The notes beneath the pieces are model-generated. The model searched no databases. It saw only the letters and a list, made by a program, of their open reading frames with translations, and was not told the DNA's origin. A DNA stretch of 59,106 bases, filler included. It is 4 parts of 4 records of this genome, joined end to end, with 100 filler letters (N's around TTAATTAATTAA, not from the genome) between each part and the next. Parts side by side here need not be neighbours in the genome. Positions count along the whole stretch, not along the records: positions 1 to 15,572 come from DRR378314_2208; positions 15,673 to 30,070 come from DRR378314_2209; 2 more parts are not named here. One strand, written 5' to 3'. Position 1 is the stretch's first letter; each line of letters opens with the position of its first letter. Below, piece after piece: positions 8,843 to 18,109 of this stretch. Both the position numbers and the translations under genes were made by a program.

Positions 8843-9823
8843 ATGAAAACACGTCTTACAGAATTGCTGGGTACCCGCTACCCGATCATCCAGGGCGGCA
8901 TGCAGAATGTCGGCTACGCGGAACTGGCGGCGGCGGTGTCCAACGCCGGCGCGCTGGGCATCATCACCGGGCTGACCCAGCCCACGCCGGAAGATCTCGC
9001 CAAGGAGATCGCCCGCTGCAAGGAAATGACCGACCAGCCGTTCGGCGTCAACCTGACGCTGCTGCCGACCATCAAGCCGGTGCCGTACGAAGAGTACGCC
9101 CAGGTGATCGTCGACGCCGGCGTCAAGATCGTGGAAACCGCCGGGCGCAGCCCGGAACCCTTCATGCCGCTGTTCAACGAGCACGGCATCAAGGTGATCC
9201 ACAAGTGCACCTCGGTGCGCCACTCCCTGAAGGCCCAGAGCCTGGGCTGCGCGGCGGTGTCCGTGGACGGCTTCGAATGCGCCGGCCACCCCGGCGAGGA
9301 CGACGTCACCAATCTGGTGCTGCTGCCCGCCGCCGCCCGGGTGCTGGACATCCCCATGGTCGCCTCCGGCGGCATCGGCACCGGCGCGCAGATGGCCGCT
9401 TGCCTGGCCCTGGGTGCCGACGGCATCAACATGGGCACGCGCTTCATGGCCACCAAGGAAGCGCCCATCCACGAGAACATCAAACGCGCCATCGTCGAAG
9501 GCAGCGAGCGCGACACCGCGCTGGTCTACCGGCCGCTGCGCAACACCGCCCGGGTCTACAAGAACAAGGTCGCCGAGCGGGTCAACGAGATCGAGCGCGA
9601 GCAGGGCAAGGACATGAAGTTCGAGCTGATCAGCGACATGGTCGCCGGCGCCAAGGGCAAGGTGGCCCTCACCGAGGGCGACGTGGATTACGGCATCTGG
9701 ACCAGCGGCATGGTGCAGGGGCTGATCGACGCCATCCCGTCCTGCGAGGACCTGGTGCAGGAAATCATCCGCGAGTGCGAGAGTACCATCCGCGACCGGC
9801 TGTCGGTGTTCGCCGCCTCCTGA
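8843..9823 (+). CDS. Nitronate monooxygenase / FabK-like FMN oxidoreductase
   Basis: PIIQGGM, AAAVSNAG, DGFECAGH, ASGGIG, GINMGTRF. Confidence 0.88.
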   Translation: MKTRLTELLGTRYPIIQGGMQNVGYAELAAAVSNAGALGIITGLTQPTPEDLAKEIARCKEMTDQPFGVNLTLLPTIKPVPYEEYAQVIVDAGVKIVETAGRSPEPFMPLFNEHGIKVIHKCTSVRHSLKAQSLGCAAVSVDGFECAGHPGEDDVTNLVLLPAAARVLDIPMVASGGIGTGAQMAACLALGADGINMGTRFMATKEAPIHENIKRAIVEGSERDTALVYRPLRNTARVYKNKVAERVNEIEREQGKDMKFELISDMVAGAKGKVALTEGDVDYGIWTSGMVQGLIDAIPSCEDLVQEIIRECESTIRDRLSVFAAS

Positions 9824-9825
9824 TC

Positions 9826-9850
9826 GTGGGAGCGGGCCTGGCCCGCTCCC
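9826..9850 (+). repeat. REP-like hairpin, copy 2 (may act as bidirectional terminator)
   Basis: GTGGGAGCGGGCCTGGCCCGCTCCC, 10-bp stem between convergent genes. Confidence 0.55.
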
Positions 9851-9859
9851 TGGACCTGG

Positions 9860-10912
9860 TTACGGAGTGCCGGATTCGATGGGCGTGAACGTCACCAGGT
9901 GGTCCATTTCCAGTTCGATACCGATGCGCCCCCCGACCGGGTGGGCGTGGTGGCTGGGTGCCATGCACGGCACCCGCACGCCGCCGTCCAACTCCAGCGT
10001 GTAAAGCATGTGGGCGCCGCGGAAGGCGCGGTCCACCACCCGGGCGGTGCGTGGGCTGTCGTCGTTGTGGAGGATGTCGTCCGGGCGGATCATCACGTCC
10101 ACCCGGTCGCCGGGGGCGGCGCCGTCGGGCAGGTTGCCGGCGAACACGCCCAGGCAGGTTTCCACCCGGCCTTCGGTGGTCACGGTGCCGGGGATGAAGC
10201 TGCTGCGGCCGATGAAATCGGCCACGAAGCGGGTGCGCGGCCGGTGGTAGATGCGGTAGGGCGTATCCCACTGCGCCAGCCGGCCGGCGTGCATCACGCC
10301 GACCCGGTCGGCGATGGCGAAGGCTTCGTTCTGGTCGTGGGTGACGAACAGGGCGGTGATGCCCTCTTTCAGCAGGATGGCGCGCACGTCGCGGCTGATC
10401 TGCTCGCGCAGTTCCGCGTCCAGCGCCGAGAAGGGTTCGTCCAGCAGCAGCAGGCGCGGCTTGGGGGCCAGCGCCCGGGCCAGGGCCACGCGCTGTTGCT
10501 GGCCGCCGGAGAGCTGGTGGGGGTAGCGGCCGCCCATGCCGGGCAGGCCCACCAGGTTGAGCAGCTCCTCGACCCGGGCGCGGCGCTGGTCCGGCGTCCA
10601 GCGGTTCAGGCCGAAGCCGATGTTGGCGGCCACGTCCAGGTGCGGGAACAGGGCGATGTCCTGGAACACCATGCCCACCCGGCGCTGCTCGGCGGGCACC
10701 AGCAGCCGGTCGCCGGTGACGGCGTCGCCGTGCAGGGCGATGCGGCCGCGGTCCGGGGCCAGGAAGCCGGCCACCAGGCGCAGCAGGGTGGTCTTGCCGC
10801 AGCCGGAGGGGCCGATCAGGCAGCCGATCAGGCCCTCGTCCAGGGAGAGGGAGACGTCTTCCAGCACCGGCTGGCCGTCGAACCGCACGTTCAGGTCGTC
10901 AATGGTCAGCAT
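9860..10912 (-). CDS. fbpC: Fe3+ ABC transporter ATP-binding protein
   Basis: GPSGCGKT, LSGGQQQR, LLLDEPFS, C-terminal TOBE-like domain. Confidence 0.88.
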   Translation of the reverse strand: MLTIDDLNVRFDGQPVLEDVSLSLDEGLIGCLIGPSGCGKTTLLRLVAGFLAPDRGRIALHGDAVTGDRLLVPAEQRRVGMVFQDIALFPHLDVAANIGFGLNRWTPDQRRARVEELLNLVGLPGMGGRYPHQLSGGQQQRVALARALAPKPRLLLLDEPFSALDAELREQISRDVRAILLKEGITALFVTHDQNEAFAIADRVGVMHAGRLAQWDTPYRIYHRPRTRFVADFIGRSSFIPGTVTTEGRVETCLGVFAGNLPDGAAPGDRVDVMIRPDDILHNDDSPRTARVVDRAFRGAHMLYTLELDGGVRVPCMAPSHHAHPVGGRIGIELEMDHLVTFTPIESGTP

Positions 10913-12515
10913 GGGGGCTCTCTTGATGGGGGTTCCGTATCGAGCGGGTCAGCAGTATCACCGGCGCCACGCCGGCGAGCAAAATGGTGAGCGCCGGCAG
11001 CGCCGCGTCCGCCAGCCGCTCGTCGGACGCCAGCTCGAAGGCGCGCACCGCCAGGGTGTTGGTATTGAAGGGCCGCAGCACCAGCGCGGCGGGCAGCTCC
11101 TTGAGGGTGTCCACGAACACCAGCAGGGCGCTGGTGGCCAGCGGCACCCGCAACAGCGGCAGATGCACCCGCCGCAGCATCGGCAGCGACGCCGTGCCCA
11201 GCGAGCGGGCGGCGTTGTCCAGGTTGGGGGACAGGTTCTGCAGGCCGGCGTCCAGACCCTGGATGGGAATGGTCAGGAAGCGCACCGTGCAGGCGAACAC
11301 CACCGCGAACAGGGTGCCGGAGAACAGCAGCCCGGGCTCCGGCAGGCCCACGGACGCCAGCAGATTGTTGAGGCCGCGGTCCAGGCTGGCGAGCACCAGC
11401 ACCACGCCCACCGCCAGCACGGTGCCCGGCACCGCGTAGCCGAAGCCGGCGAGCCCGGCGGCCAGGCGGCGGGGCCGGTCGCCGCGCAGCCGTCGCGCCC
11501 AGATCAGCAGCAGGCCCAGGCCGGTGGCGGCCAGGGCGGTGCACAGGGCGATCAGCAGGCTGGTGCCGAGCAGGCCCAGGAAGCCCGGCTCCGCCAGATC
11601 CCGCCAGCGCGGCAGGCTCCACACCAGCAGTTGCAGGGCGGGCAGAATGAACCCGAGCAGCACCGGCAGCCACAGCGCCGCCGCCAGCAACAGGCCCGGG
11701 CCCCGACCCAGCGGCAGCGGCGCCGCCGCCCGCGCCGAGGCGACGCTGATGCGCCGTTCCTTGCGGGCGCGCCGCTCCAGGGTGAGCAGCACCACCATGG
11801 CGAGCAGCAGTACGCCGGCCAGTTGCGCCGCCGCCATGGCGTCGCCCAGCCCGAACCAGGTGCGGTAGATGCCGGTGCTCAGGGTGGGCACGCCGAAGTA
11901 GGCCACGGTGCCGTAGTCCGCCAGGGTCTCCATCAATACCAGCGCCAGCCCGGCAATGATCGCCGGCCGTGCCAGCGGCAGGGCCACCCGGAAGAACCGC
12001 CGCCAGGGCCCGGCGCCCAGGGTGCGCGCCACTTCCAGCGCCACCGCGGACTGGCTGACGAAGGCGGCGCGGGTCATCAGATACACATAGGGGTAGAGCA
12101 CCAGCGTCAGCATCAGGCCGGCGCCGGCCGGGCTGCGGATGTCCGGCAGGGGCAGCGGCAACGCCTGCTGCAGGGCGCCTTCGCTGGCCAGCATGCCGGT
12201 CCAGGTGTAGGCGATCAGATAGGCGGGGCAGGCCAGCGGCAGCAGCAGGGCCCACTCCAGCACCCGGCGCCCGGGGAAGCGGAAGCGGGACACCGCCCAG
12301 GCGGCGGCGACGCCGATCAGCAGGGTGCCGGTGCCGGTGAACAGGGCCAGGAACAAGGAGTGGCGCAGGTACGAGGGCAGTACCGTGCTGCTCAGGTGGC
12401 CCCAATTGGGCGAGGCGCCGGCCAGCCAGCTGCCGGCCACCACCAGTACCGGTGTGGCCAGCGCCAGCGCCAGCAGCAGTAGAACCAGGGAGCGCAGGGC
12501 GGGCGACGAAAACAT
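10899..12515 (-). CDS. fbpB: Fe3+ ABC transporter permease
   Basis: Duplicated permease; LPLARPAI, METLADYG, KELPA..LRPFN..TLAV. Confidence 0.9.
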   Translation of the reverse strand: MFSSPALRSLVLLLLALALATPVLVVAGSWLAGASPNWGHLSSTVLPSYLRHSLFLALFTGTGTLLIGVAAAWAVSRFRFPGRRVLEWALLLPLACPAYLIAYTWTGMLASEGALQQALPLPLPDIRSPAGAGLMLTLVLYPYVYLMTRAAFVSQSAVALEVARTLGAGPWRRFFRVALPLARPAIIAGLALVLMETLADYGTVAYFGVPTLSTGIYRTWFGLGDAMAAAQLAGVLLLAMVVLLTLERRARKERRISVASARAAAPLPLGRGPGLLLAAALWLPVLLGFILPALQLLVWSLPRWRDLAEPGFLGLLGTSLLIALCTALAATGLGLLLIWARRLRGDRPRRLAAGLAGFGYAVPGTVLAVGVVLVLASLDRGLNNLLASVGLPEPGLLFSGTLFAVVFACTVRFLTIPIQGLDAGLQNLSPNLDNAARSLGTASLPMLRRVHLPLLRVPLATSALLVFVDTLKELPAALVLRPFNTNTLAVRAFELASDERLADAALPALTILLAGVAPVILLTRSIRNPHQESPHADH

Positions 12516-12560
12516 GGCGCGATTATACCGATCCGCCGCCGCCTTGCCTGTCTTGAACGA

Positions 12561-13580
12561 TTATTTCCAGCCTGCGCGGTCCATCAGTTTGACCGCGTCG
12601 GCGTTCAGCTCGCCCAGCTTGATCAGCGGCAGGTCGTCCTGCTTGAAGTCACCCCACTCCTGCAGCAAATCGCTGACCGGCACGTCGGCGCGCACCGGGT
12701 ACTCGTAGTTGGTCTCGGCGTACCACTGCTGGGATTCGTCGTTGACCAGGAACTCGATCAGCTGCCGGGCGTTGTCCGGGTTGGGGGCGTTGGTGGCCAC
12801 GCCGGCGCCGGAAATATTGATGTGGGCGCCGCGGCCGTCCTGGTTGGGCCAGAACACCGCCACCTGCTCGGCGATCTCGCGGGCGTCGGCGTCGTCGCCG
12901 CCCTGCATCATGCCCAGGTAGTAGGTGTTGACCACGGCGATGTCGCACTCGCCGGCGGCCAGGGCCTTGATCTGGTCGCGGTCGCCGCCCACCGGATCAC
13001 GGGCCATGTTGGACACCAGGCCCTCGGCCCATTGCTCGGTGTCCGCTTCGCCGTTGTGGGCGATCAGGCTGGCGGTGAGGGACTGGTTGTAGATGTTGTC
13101 CGAGGAGCGGATGCAGATGCGGTCATCCCACTTTTCGTCGGCCAGGGCTTCGTAGGTGGACAGCTCGGACGGGTCCACCCGGTCCGGGGCGTAGACCACC
13201 ACCCGGGCGCGCACGGACAGGCCGTACCAGTGGCCTTCCGGGTCGCGCAGGGCCTCGGGCACCTGCTCGGCGAGGGTGTCGCTTTCCGTGGTGGCCAGCT
13301 GGCCTTCCTGTTGGGCGCGGTACAGACGGCCGGCGTCGGTGGTGATCAGCACGTCGGCGGGGCTGTGCTCGCCTTCGGCCTTCATGCGCTCCACCAGGGC
13401 GTCGGCGCTGCCGGTGATCAGGTTCACGGTGATGCCGGTTTCCGAGGTGAAGCGGTCCAGCAGGGGCTTGATCAGTGCTTCCTTACGGGCGGAATAGACG
13501 TTCACTTCTTCGCTTTGCGAGCTGCATCCGGTTACCACCAGGGCGGCCATTAACGAGAAGAGGACACTGAGTCGACGCAT
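12561..13580 (-). CDS. fbpA: Fe3+ ABC transporter substrate-binding lipoprotein (FutA/FbpA type)
   Basis: VNVYSAR, SDNIYNQSL, GGDRDQI, VNTYYLG; lipobox VTGC; start moved to ATG 13580 after GGAGA. Confidence 0.9.
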   Translation of the reverse strand: MRRLSVLFSLMAALVVTGCSSQSEEVNVYSARKEALIKPLLDRFTSETGITVNLITGSADALVERMKAEGEHSPADVLITTDAGRLYRAQQEGQLATTESDTLAEQVPEALRDPEGHWYGLSVRARVVVYAPDRVDPSELSTYEALADEKWDDRICIRSSDNIYNQSLTASLIAHNGEADTEQWAEGLVSNMARDPVGGDRDQIKALAAGECDIAVVNTYYLGMMQGGDDADAREIAEQVAVFWPNQDGRGAHINISGAGVATNAPNPDNARQLIEFLVNDESQQWYAETNYEYPVRADVPVSDLLQEWGDFKQDDLPLIKLGELNADAVKLMDRAGWK

Positions 13581-13629
13581 GAAGGGTTTCTCCGGCGAAT
13601 GAACGAATAAGGTTGCGCCGGATATAAAC

Positions 13630-13648
13630 ATTAATGAGAACGTTTATC
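13630..13648. promoter_or_regulatory. Fur box
   Basis: ATTAATGAGAACGTTTATC matches GATAATGATAATCATTATC at 13/19 positions, about 50 bp upstream of fbpA, overlapping a TTGATA -35-like hexamer. Confidence 0.75.
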
Positions 13649-15167
13649 AATCAAGGCGGTGTGAAGGAATCGACAATCGCTCCACCACGCTGCCGTTGTC
13701 GACGCTCTCCAGGTGCACGTCGAAGCCCCACAGGCGGTGCAGGTGGCGCAGCACCTCCTGGGCGGTGTCCGCCTCCAGCGGGCGGTGGTGCTGGCGCAGG
13801 TGCTGCAGGGTGAGGGATCGGTCGCCGCGCACGTCCGCCGAGTACACCTGGATGTTGGGTTCCTGGATGCTCAGGTTGTACTGCTCGGAGAGCCGGTTGC
13901 GGATCGCCTGGTAGCCGGGCTCGTTGTGGATGGCGTTGATCTCGATGTAGTCGCGCTCGGAGTCGTCCATCAGGCTGAACAGCTTGAATTCGCGGATCAG
14001 ACGCGGTGACAGAAACTGCTGGATAAAGCTCTCGTCCTTGAAGCTTTCCATGGCGAACTTGAGCGTCGCCAGCCAGTCGCTGCCGGCGATGTCCGGAAAC
14101 CACTGGCGGTCTTCGTCGGTGGGCGCCTCGCAGATGCGGCGGATGTCCTGGAACATGGCGAACCCCAGGGCGTAGGGGTTGATGCCGGAATAGTAGGGCG
14201 AATCGAACGGCGGCTGGTAAATCACCTGGCTGTGGTTCTGCAGAAATTCCAGCATAAAGCCGTCGTCCACGCGGCCCTGGTCGTAGAGCTCGTTGAGCAG
14301 CGTGTAGTGCCAGAAGGTGGCCCAGCCTTCGTTCATCACCTGGGTTTGTCGCTGGGGGTAGAAGTACTGCGCCATCTTGCGCACGATGCGGATCACCTCG
14401 CGCTGCCAGGGCTCCAGTAGCGGGGCGTTCTTCTCCAGGAAGTAGAGCAGGTTTTCCTGGGGCTCGGAGGGGAAGCGCCGGCTGGGTTCGCGGCGCTGCA
14501 CCATCGGCTGCATGTCGGGAAAGGTTTTCCACAGTTCCGAAACCTGACGTTGCAGGGCCTCTTCCCGGTCGCGCTGGCGGCGCTTTTCCTCATGGGCGGA
14601 GATCGGCGTGGGCCTTTTGTAGCGGTCGACGCCGTAGTTCATCAGCGCGTGGCAGGAATCCAGGGTTTCCTCCACCGCGGTGACGCCGTGGCGCTGCTCG
14701 CACTCGGCCAGGTAGTGGCGCGCGAACACCAGGTAATCAATGATCGCCGAGGCGTCGGTCCAGGTCTTGAACAGGTAGTTGCCCTTGAAGAAGGAGTTGT
14801 GGCCGTAACCGGCGTGGGCGATCACCAGCGCCTGCATGGTGATGGTGTTCTCTTCCATCAGGTAGGCGATGCAGGGGTTGGAGTTGATCACGATTTCGTA
14901 GGCGAGGCCCATCTGGCCGCGCCGGTAGCGGCTTTCCACCTCCACGAACTGTTTGCCGAACGACCAGTGGTTGTAGCCCACCGGCATGCCCACCGAGGAG
15001 TAGGCGTCCATCATCTGCTCCGAGGAGATCACTTCGATCTGGTTCGGGTAGGTGTCGAGCCCGAACTTGCCGTGGGCCAGCTCGGCGATGGCCTGGTCGT
15101 ATTCCGCCAGGGTCTCGAAGTCCCAGTCGGAACCGCTGGAGATCAGTTTGCTGTCGGCCACTGTCAT
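13647..15167 (-). CDS. ycgB: SpoVR family protein
   Basis: [49 protein letters not shown]. Confidence 0.95.
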   Translation of the reverse strand: MTVADSKLISSGSDWDFETLAEYDQAIAELAHGKFGLDTYPNQIEVISSEQMMDAYSSVGMPVGYNHWSFGKQFVEVESRYRRGQMGLAYEIVINSNPCIAYLMEENTITMQALVIAHAGYGHNSFFKGNYLFKTWTDASAIIDYLVFARHYLAECEQRHGVTAVEETLDSCHALMNYGVDRYKRPTPISAHEEKRRQRDREEALQRQVSELWKTFPDMQPMVQRREPSRRFPSEPQENLLYFLEKNAPLLEPWQREVIRIVRKMAQYFYPQRQTQVMNEGWATFWHYTLLNELYDQGRVDDGFMLEFLQNHSQVIYQPPFDSPYYSGINPYALGFAMFQDIRRICEAPTDEDRQWFPDIAGSDWLATLKFAMESFKDESFIQQFLSPRLIREFKLFSLMDDSERDYIEINAIHNEPGYQAIRNRLSEQYNLSIQEPNIQVYSADVRGDRSLTLQHLRQHHRPLEADTAQEVLRHLHRLWGFDVHLESVDNGSVVERLSIPSHRLD

Positions 15168-15572
15168 GCCACCTCCATGCGCTTCTTGAACAGGCGCCGG
15201 AATACCGGGTAGATGTCGCCCGGGTCGTCGATCTGCGCCATGGAGAACACGTCACCACAGCGTTCCTGCACGCTCTGGTAATGCTCCCACAGGGCCTGGT
15301 GGCTGCGCGGCATCACCTCCACGTAGGAGAAATGCTGCATGCGCGGCAGCAGTTCCTTCTCCAGCAGCGCGGCGCAGCCCGGTGAATCGTCGTTCCAGTT
15401 GTCGCCGTCCGAGGCCTGGGCGCCGTACAGGTTCCACTCTTCCACCGGGTAGCGGGCCTTGATGGTGTCCAGGGTCAGCTTCAGCGCACTGGAGACGATG
15501 GTGCCGCCGGTCTCCCGGGAGTAGAAGAACTCCTCTTCGTTGACTTCCTTGGCGCTGGTGTGGTGGCGGATG
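15164..15572 (-). CDS. yeaH: YeaH/YhbH (DUF444) protein, C-terminal fragment
   Basis: [49 protein letters not shown]; 5' end cut by the contig edge. Confidence 0.93.
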
Positions 15573-15672
15573 NNNNNNNNNNNNNNNNNNNNNNNNNNNN
15601 NNNNNNNNNNNNNNNNTTAATTAATTAANNNNNNNNNNNNNNNNNNNNNNNNNNNNNNNNNNNNNNNNNNNN
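15573..15672. other. Artificial contig spacer
   Basis: N44-TTAATTAATTAA-N44 (stops in all six frames). Confidence 0.99.
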
Positions 15673-16406
15673 TGGGATTTTAACCGTGCACCACGGAAGG
15701 CAAACGACACACCGACTGCTGCTTCACCGGTGGCCGCCAGGCTGCAAGGAGCAGAGCCGGAGTGGGTGTAACGGGAAATATTGTTATGCAGGCGGTCCAT
15801 GTAATCCCAGCCCTGCTCTTCGCCCCATAGCTGCATCCAGCTGGCTACATCCAGATAACCGGTACCCGAGGAGTTGGGGTTAGGCATAATCACATGCCCT
15901 TCAAACTCAGGCTGGGTCAGGTCTTCCCAGGAGGTCGGCATCGGCACGCCCTGACGCTCGCCTTCAATGGTGTTGTAGCAAATGGCCGCGACCCAGGCGT
16001 CCATGCCTACCCACGCAGGGTCTTCACCGTTACGGTAAGCAGCATCAATAAATTTTTGATCAAGGTTTTCAACGCCTGCGGGCGCATAGCGCTCCAGCAT
16101 GTCCTCTTCTTCAAGCACCAGCAGACTGGTGGCGGCTAAGCCCCAGATGACGTCTGCCTGGGGATTATCTTTTTCCGCCAGCAAGCGCGCAGTAATCACG
16201 CCCGTAGAATCTCGCACCCAGTTAATGGTGATATCGGGGTGAGCGGCATTGAAGCGTTCGGCGTATTTTTGCAGGTCATCTGATTCAACGGCGGTGTACA
16301 CCGTTAGCTCAGTGGCGCTAGCCACCGAAGTGAAGGCAACGGCAGTCGTTGTGAGCAGAGCAGTTGCAATCTGAGTAGGTTGGAACAAACGGCGAAGTTT
16401 CGACAT
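15673..16406 (-). CDS. 2-aminoethylphosphonate-type ABC substrate-binding protein (AepX/PhnS2-like), 3'-truncated
   Basis: Signal peptide, LTVYTA.E, WVRDSTGVITARLLAEKDNPQADVIWGLAATSL, MPNPNSSGTG, YTHSGSAPC. Confidence 0.85.
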
Positions 16407-16424
16407 GGTAGGCTCCCAGCGTTT

Positions 16425-16436
16425 TGGTATAGACCA
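16425..16436. promoter_or_regulatory. HutC/GntR (PhnF/PhnR-type) operator
   Basis: Near-palindrome TGGTATAGACCA about 20 bp upstream of the start codon; cognate GntR-UTRA gene is adjacent. Confidence 0.75.
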
Positions 16437-16450
16437 GAAGTTTGCCGTTG

Positions 16451-16483
16451 TTAAATGACAGTGCGATGACGCTTGTTTGACCG
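16451..16483 (-). promoter_or_regulatory. Pho box (three 11-bp repeats)
   Basis: Minus strand CGGTCAAACAA-GCGTCATCGCA-CTGTCATTTAA. Confidence 0.75.
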
Positions 16484-16560
16484 ATTTTTTAAGTTGTTAT
16501 GTACGCGTATGGATGGGATCTTGTGAGGGTCCTCATGAGCGCCTTGTCTCCGTAACCCTG

Positions 16561-17271
16561 TTACTTCTGACCCGACAGCTCAACACGGATGCATAACGAA
16601 TCGTGCAACCAGTGCTCTTCGTCATATTCGATAGGACGCTGTTGATCATCAAAAATGGCGCGGCAAATGTTTAGCCCGGCCGCACCTGGGGCAACGAGTA
16701 ACTCTTCTGCATCTAATGGCGACAGCGCTTCAGACACCATGCGTATTGAGCGATTGGCCAAGTGATGCCCCCACCGCCCTCTTAACAACCCCCAGAGTGA
16801 TTGTCCGCTGTAGATGTCTAGCAATTCTGGCGCACGCTCTGGCACCACCCAAAGCGACTCCACCAGCACAGCGCGATCATCCACGTAGCGGCGACGGCGA
16901 ATATGGTGAAACGGCTGGTCATCGGGCAGCCCCAAGGCACGGGCTGCCGCCAGGTGTGAGCGGGTTTCCAGCTTTAGAACCGCCGTGCGTGGTTGCCGCC
17001 CCTGAGCGCCCACATAGTCATTAAAGCCTGCGTCCCGGGTAGGGTCATACACCAGCCGGGCGGGTGAAATGAACCAACCACGCCGATTGCTGCGGTGGAT
17101 GAGCCCTTCCCCCTCCAGTTGCGCTAAGGCTTGGCGTAACGTAACGCGGGTCGTAGAGAAGCGCTCCGCCAACGCTCGCTCAGCGGGCAACCTGCCTTCC
17201 CACTGCGTGGCATGCTGGGTAATTAAATAACGAAGCTGTTCCGTTAACTGTAAATAGTAGGCATCAGGCAT
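16561..17271 (-). CDS. GntR/HutC-family regulator with UTRA domain, PhnR-like
   Basis: LPAERALAERFSTTRVTLRQALAQLEGEGLIHRSNRRGWF, YDPT, EYDEEHW.HD. Confidence 0.88.
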   Translation of the reverse strand: MPDAYYLQLTEQLRYLITQHATQWEGRLPAERALAERFSTTRVTLRQALAQLEGEGLIHRSNRRGWFISPARLVYDPTRDAGFNDYVGAQGRQPRTAVLKLETRSHLAAARALGLPDDQPFHHIRRRRYVDDRAVLVESLWVVPERAPELLDIYSGQSLWGLLRGRWGHHLANRSIRMVSEALSPLDAEELLVAPGAAGLNICRAIFDDQQRPIEYDEEHWLHDSLCIRVELSGQK

Positions 17272-17992
17272 GCGCCGATTTTCCTGATAGATCGTTGGCC
17301 GATGAAGCGTCTGTCGACGCTGCCATCCGCCAGTCTAAGCGCTGCCACCCTTCTACACTAGCCACCTCTGCCAGCACGGGGTCAGGGTTAACCGCCACTG
17401 GGCAGTCGACATACTGCAGCAGCGGGATATCGTTGCGGGAATCTGAGTAGAACGTTGTATGGCTAGGGGCAATTTTTTGCTCGGTTAACCACTGCTGAAA
17501 ACGCACTACTTTCCCCCCACGGTAAGAAAGCACGCCTTTGCTATGGCCGGTGTAGCTTGCCCCGCTTGCCGCTTGTTCGACACTAAGCTCTACCGCCAGC
17601 ACATGCTCAATCCCTAACATCGTCGCAATCGGCGCGACCAGGTGATGCGATGACGCAGAAATAAGGACGAGGATATCGCCTGACTGACGGTGCGCGTCCA
17701 GGCAGCGCCAGGCTTGATCAAAAATACGCGGCTGCAAATGGGTAGCGACAAAGCGCTCAACTTCTTTTTGTACATCGATTACTCGGCGGCCCCGCAGCGG
17801 CGCCAAGGTCATTGCCAAGTACTCCTCTAGCTTTAACTTACCGGCGTGATAAGCCTGCTGCATCTGTTCGGCACGGGCTATAAAGGTCTCGGCATCACTG
17901 ATCCACCCCTGCTCAATCATCCATAAATTCCAGCGGTCGCTGCAGTCTCCATCCAGGAGGGTGTCATCAAGATCAAACAGAGCGAGGCGCAT
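17264..17992 (-). CDS. HAD-IB phosphatase (SerB/HisN-like)
   Basis: FDLDDTL (DxD motif I), ISAS, GKV, YSDSRND, AVNPD; start moved to ATG 17992 after AAGGAG; overlaps the phnR start. Confidence 0.88.
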   Translation of the reverse strand: MRLALFDLDDTLLDGDCSDRWNLWMIEQGWISDAETFIARAEQMQQAYHAGKLKLEEYLAMTLAPLRGRRVIDVQKEVERFVATHLQPRIFDQAWRCLDAHRQSGDILVLISASSHHLVAPIATMLGIEHVLAVELSVEQAASGASYTGHSKGVLSYRGGKVVRFQQWLTEQKIAPSHTTFYSDSRNDIPLLQYVDCPVAVNPDPVLAEVASVEGWQRLDWRMAASTDASSANDLSGKSAHA

Positions 17993-18040
17993 GTGGCACT
18001 CCTTTTTTCGCGAGTTCGGCGGCGCGTAGGGTATGCCAAC

Positions 18041-18062
18041 GATGATGACAGGACGATGACGC
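18041..18062 (-). promoter_or_regulatory. Pho box upstream of the HAD-phnR operon
   Basis: Minus strand GCGTCATCGTC-CTGTCATCATC, nearly the same as the aepX box. Confidence 0.7.
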
Positions 18063-18109
18063 CATTGATGAGAATGGAAATTGCTCGCCCTACCTGTCAA
18101 TAAAATGGC

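Noticed and set aside
54..15258. Many long overlapping or antisense ORFs in segment 1 (e.g. 54-1076, 1272-2678, 7683-8795, 10536-12482)
   Set aside because: Shadow frames of well-supported genes in high-GC DNA; no recognisable motifs
15617..15628. TTAATTAATTAA as a biological repeat or target-site duplication
   Set aside because: Identical N-flanked 12-mer at all three joins; an assembly linker
17264..17992. Calling the HAD protein phosphonatase PhnX
   Set aside because: It has a DxD motif and IB-subfamily motifs, not the DWAGT signature of PhnX
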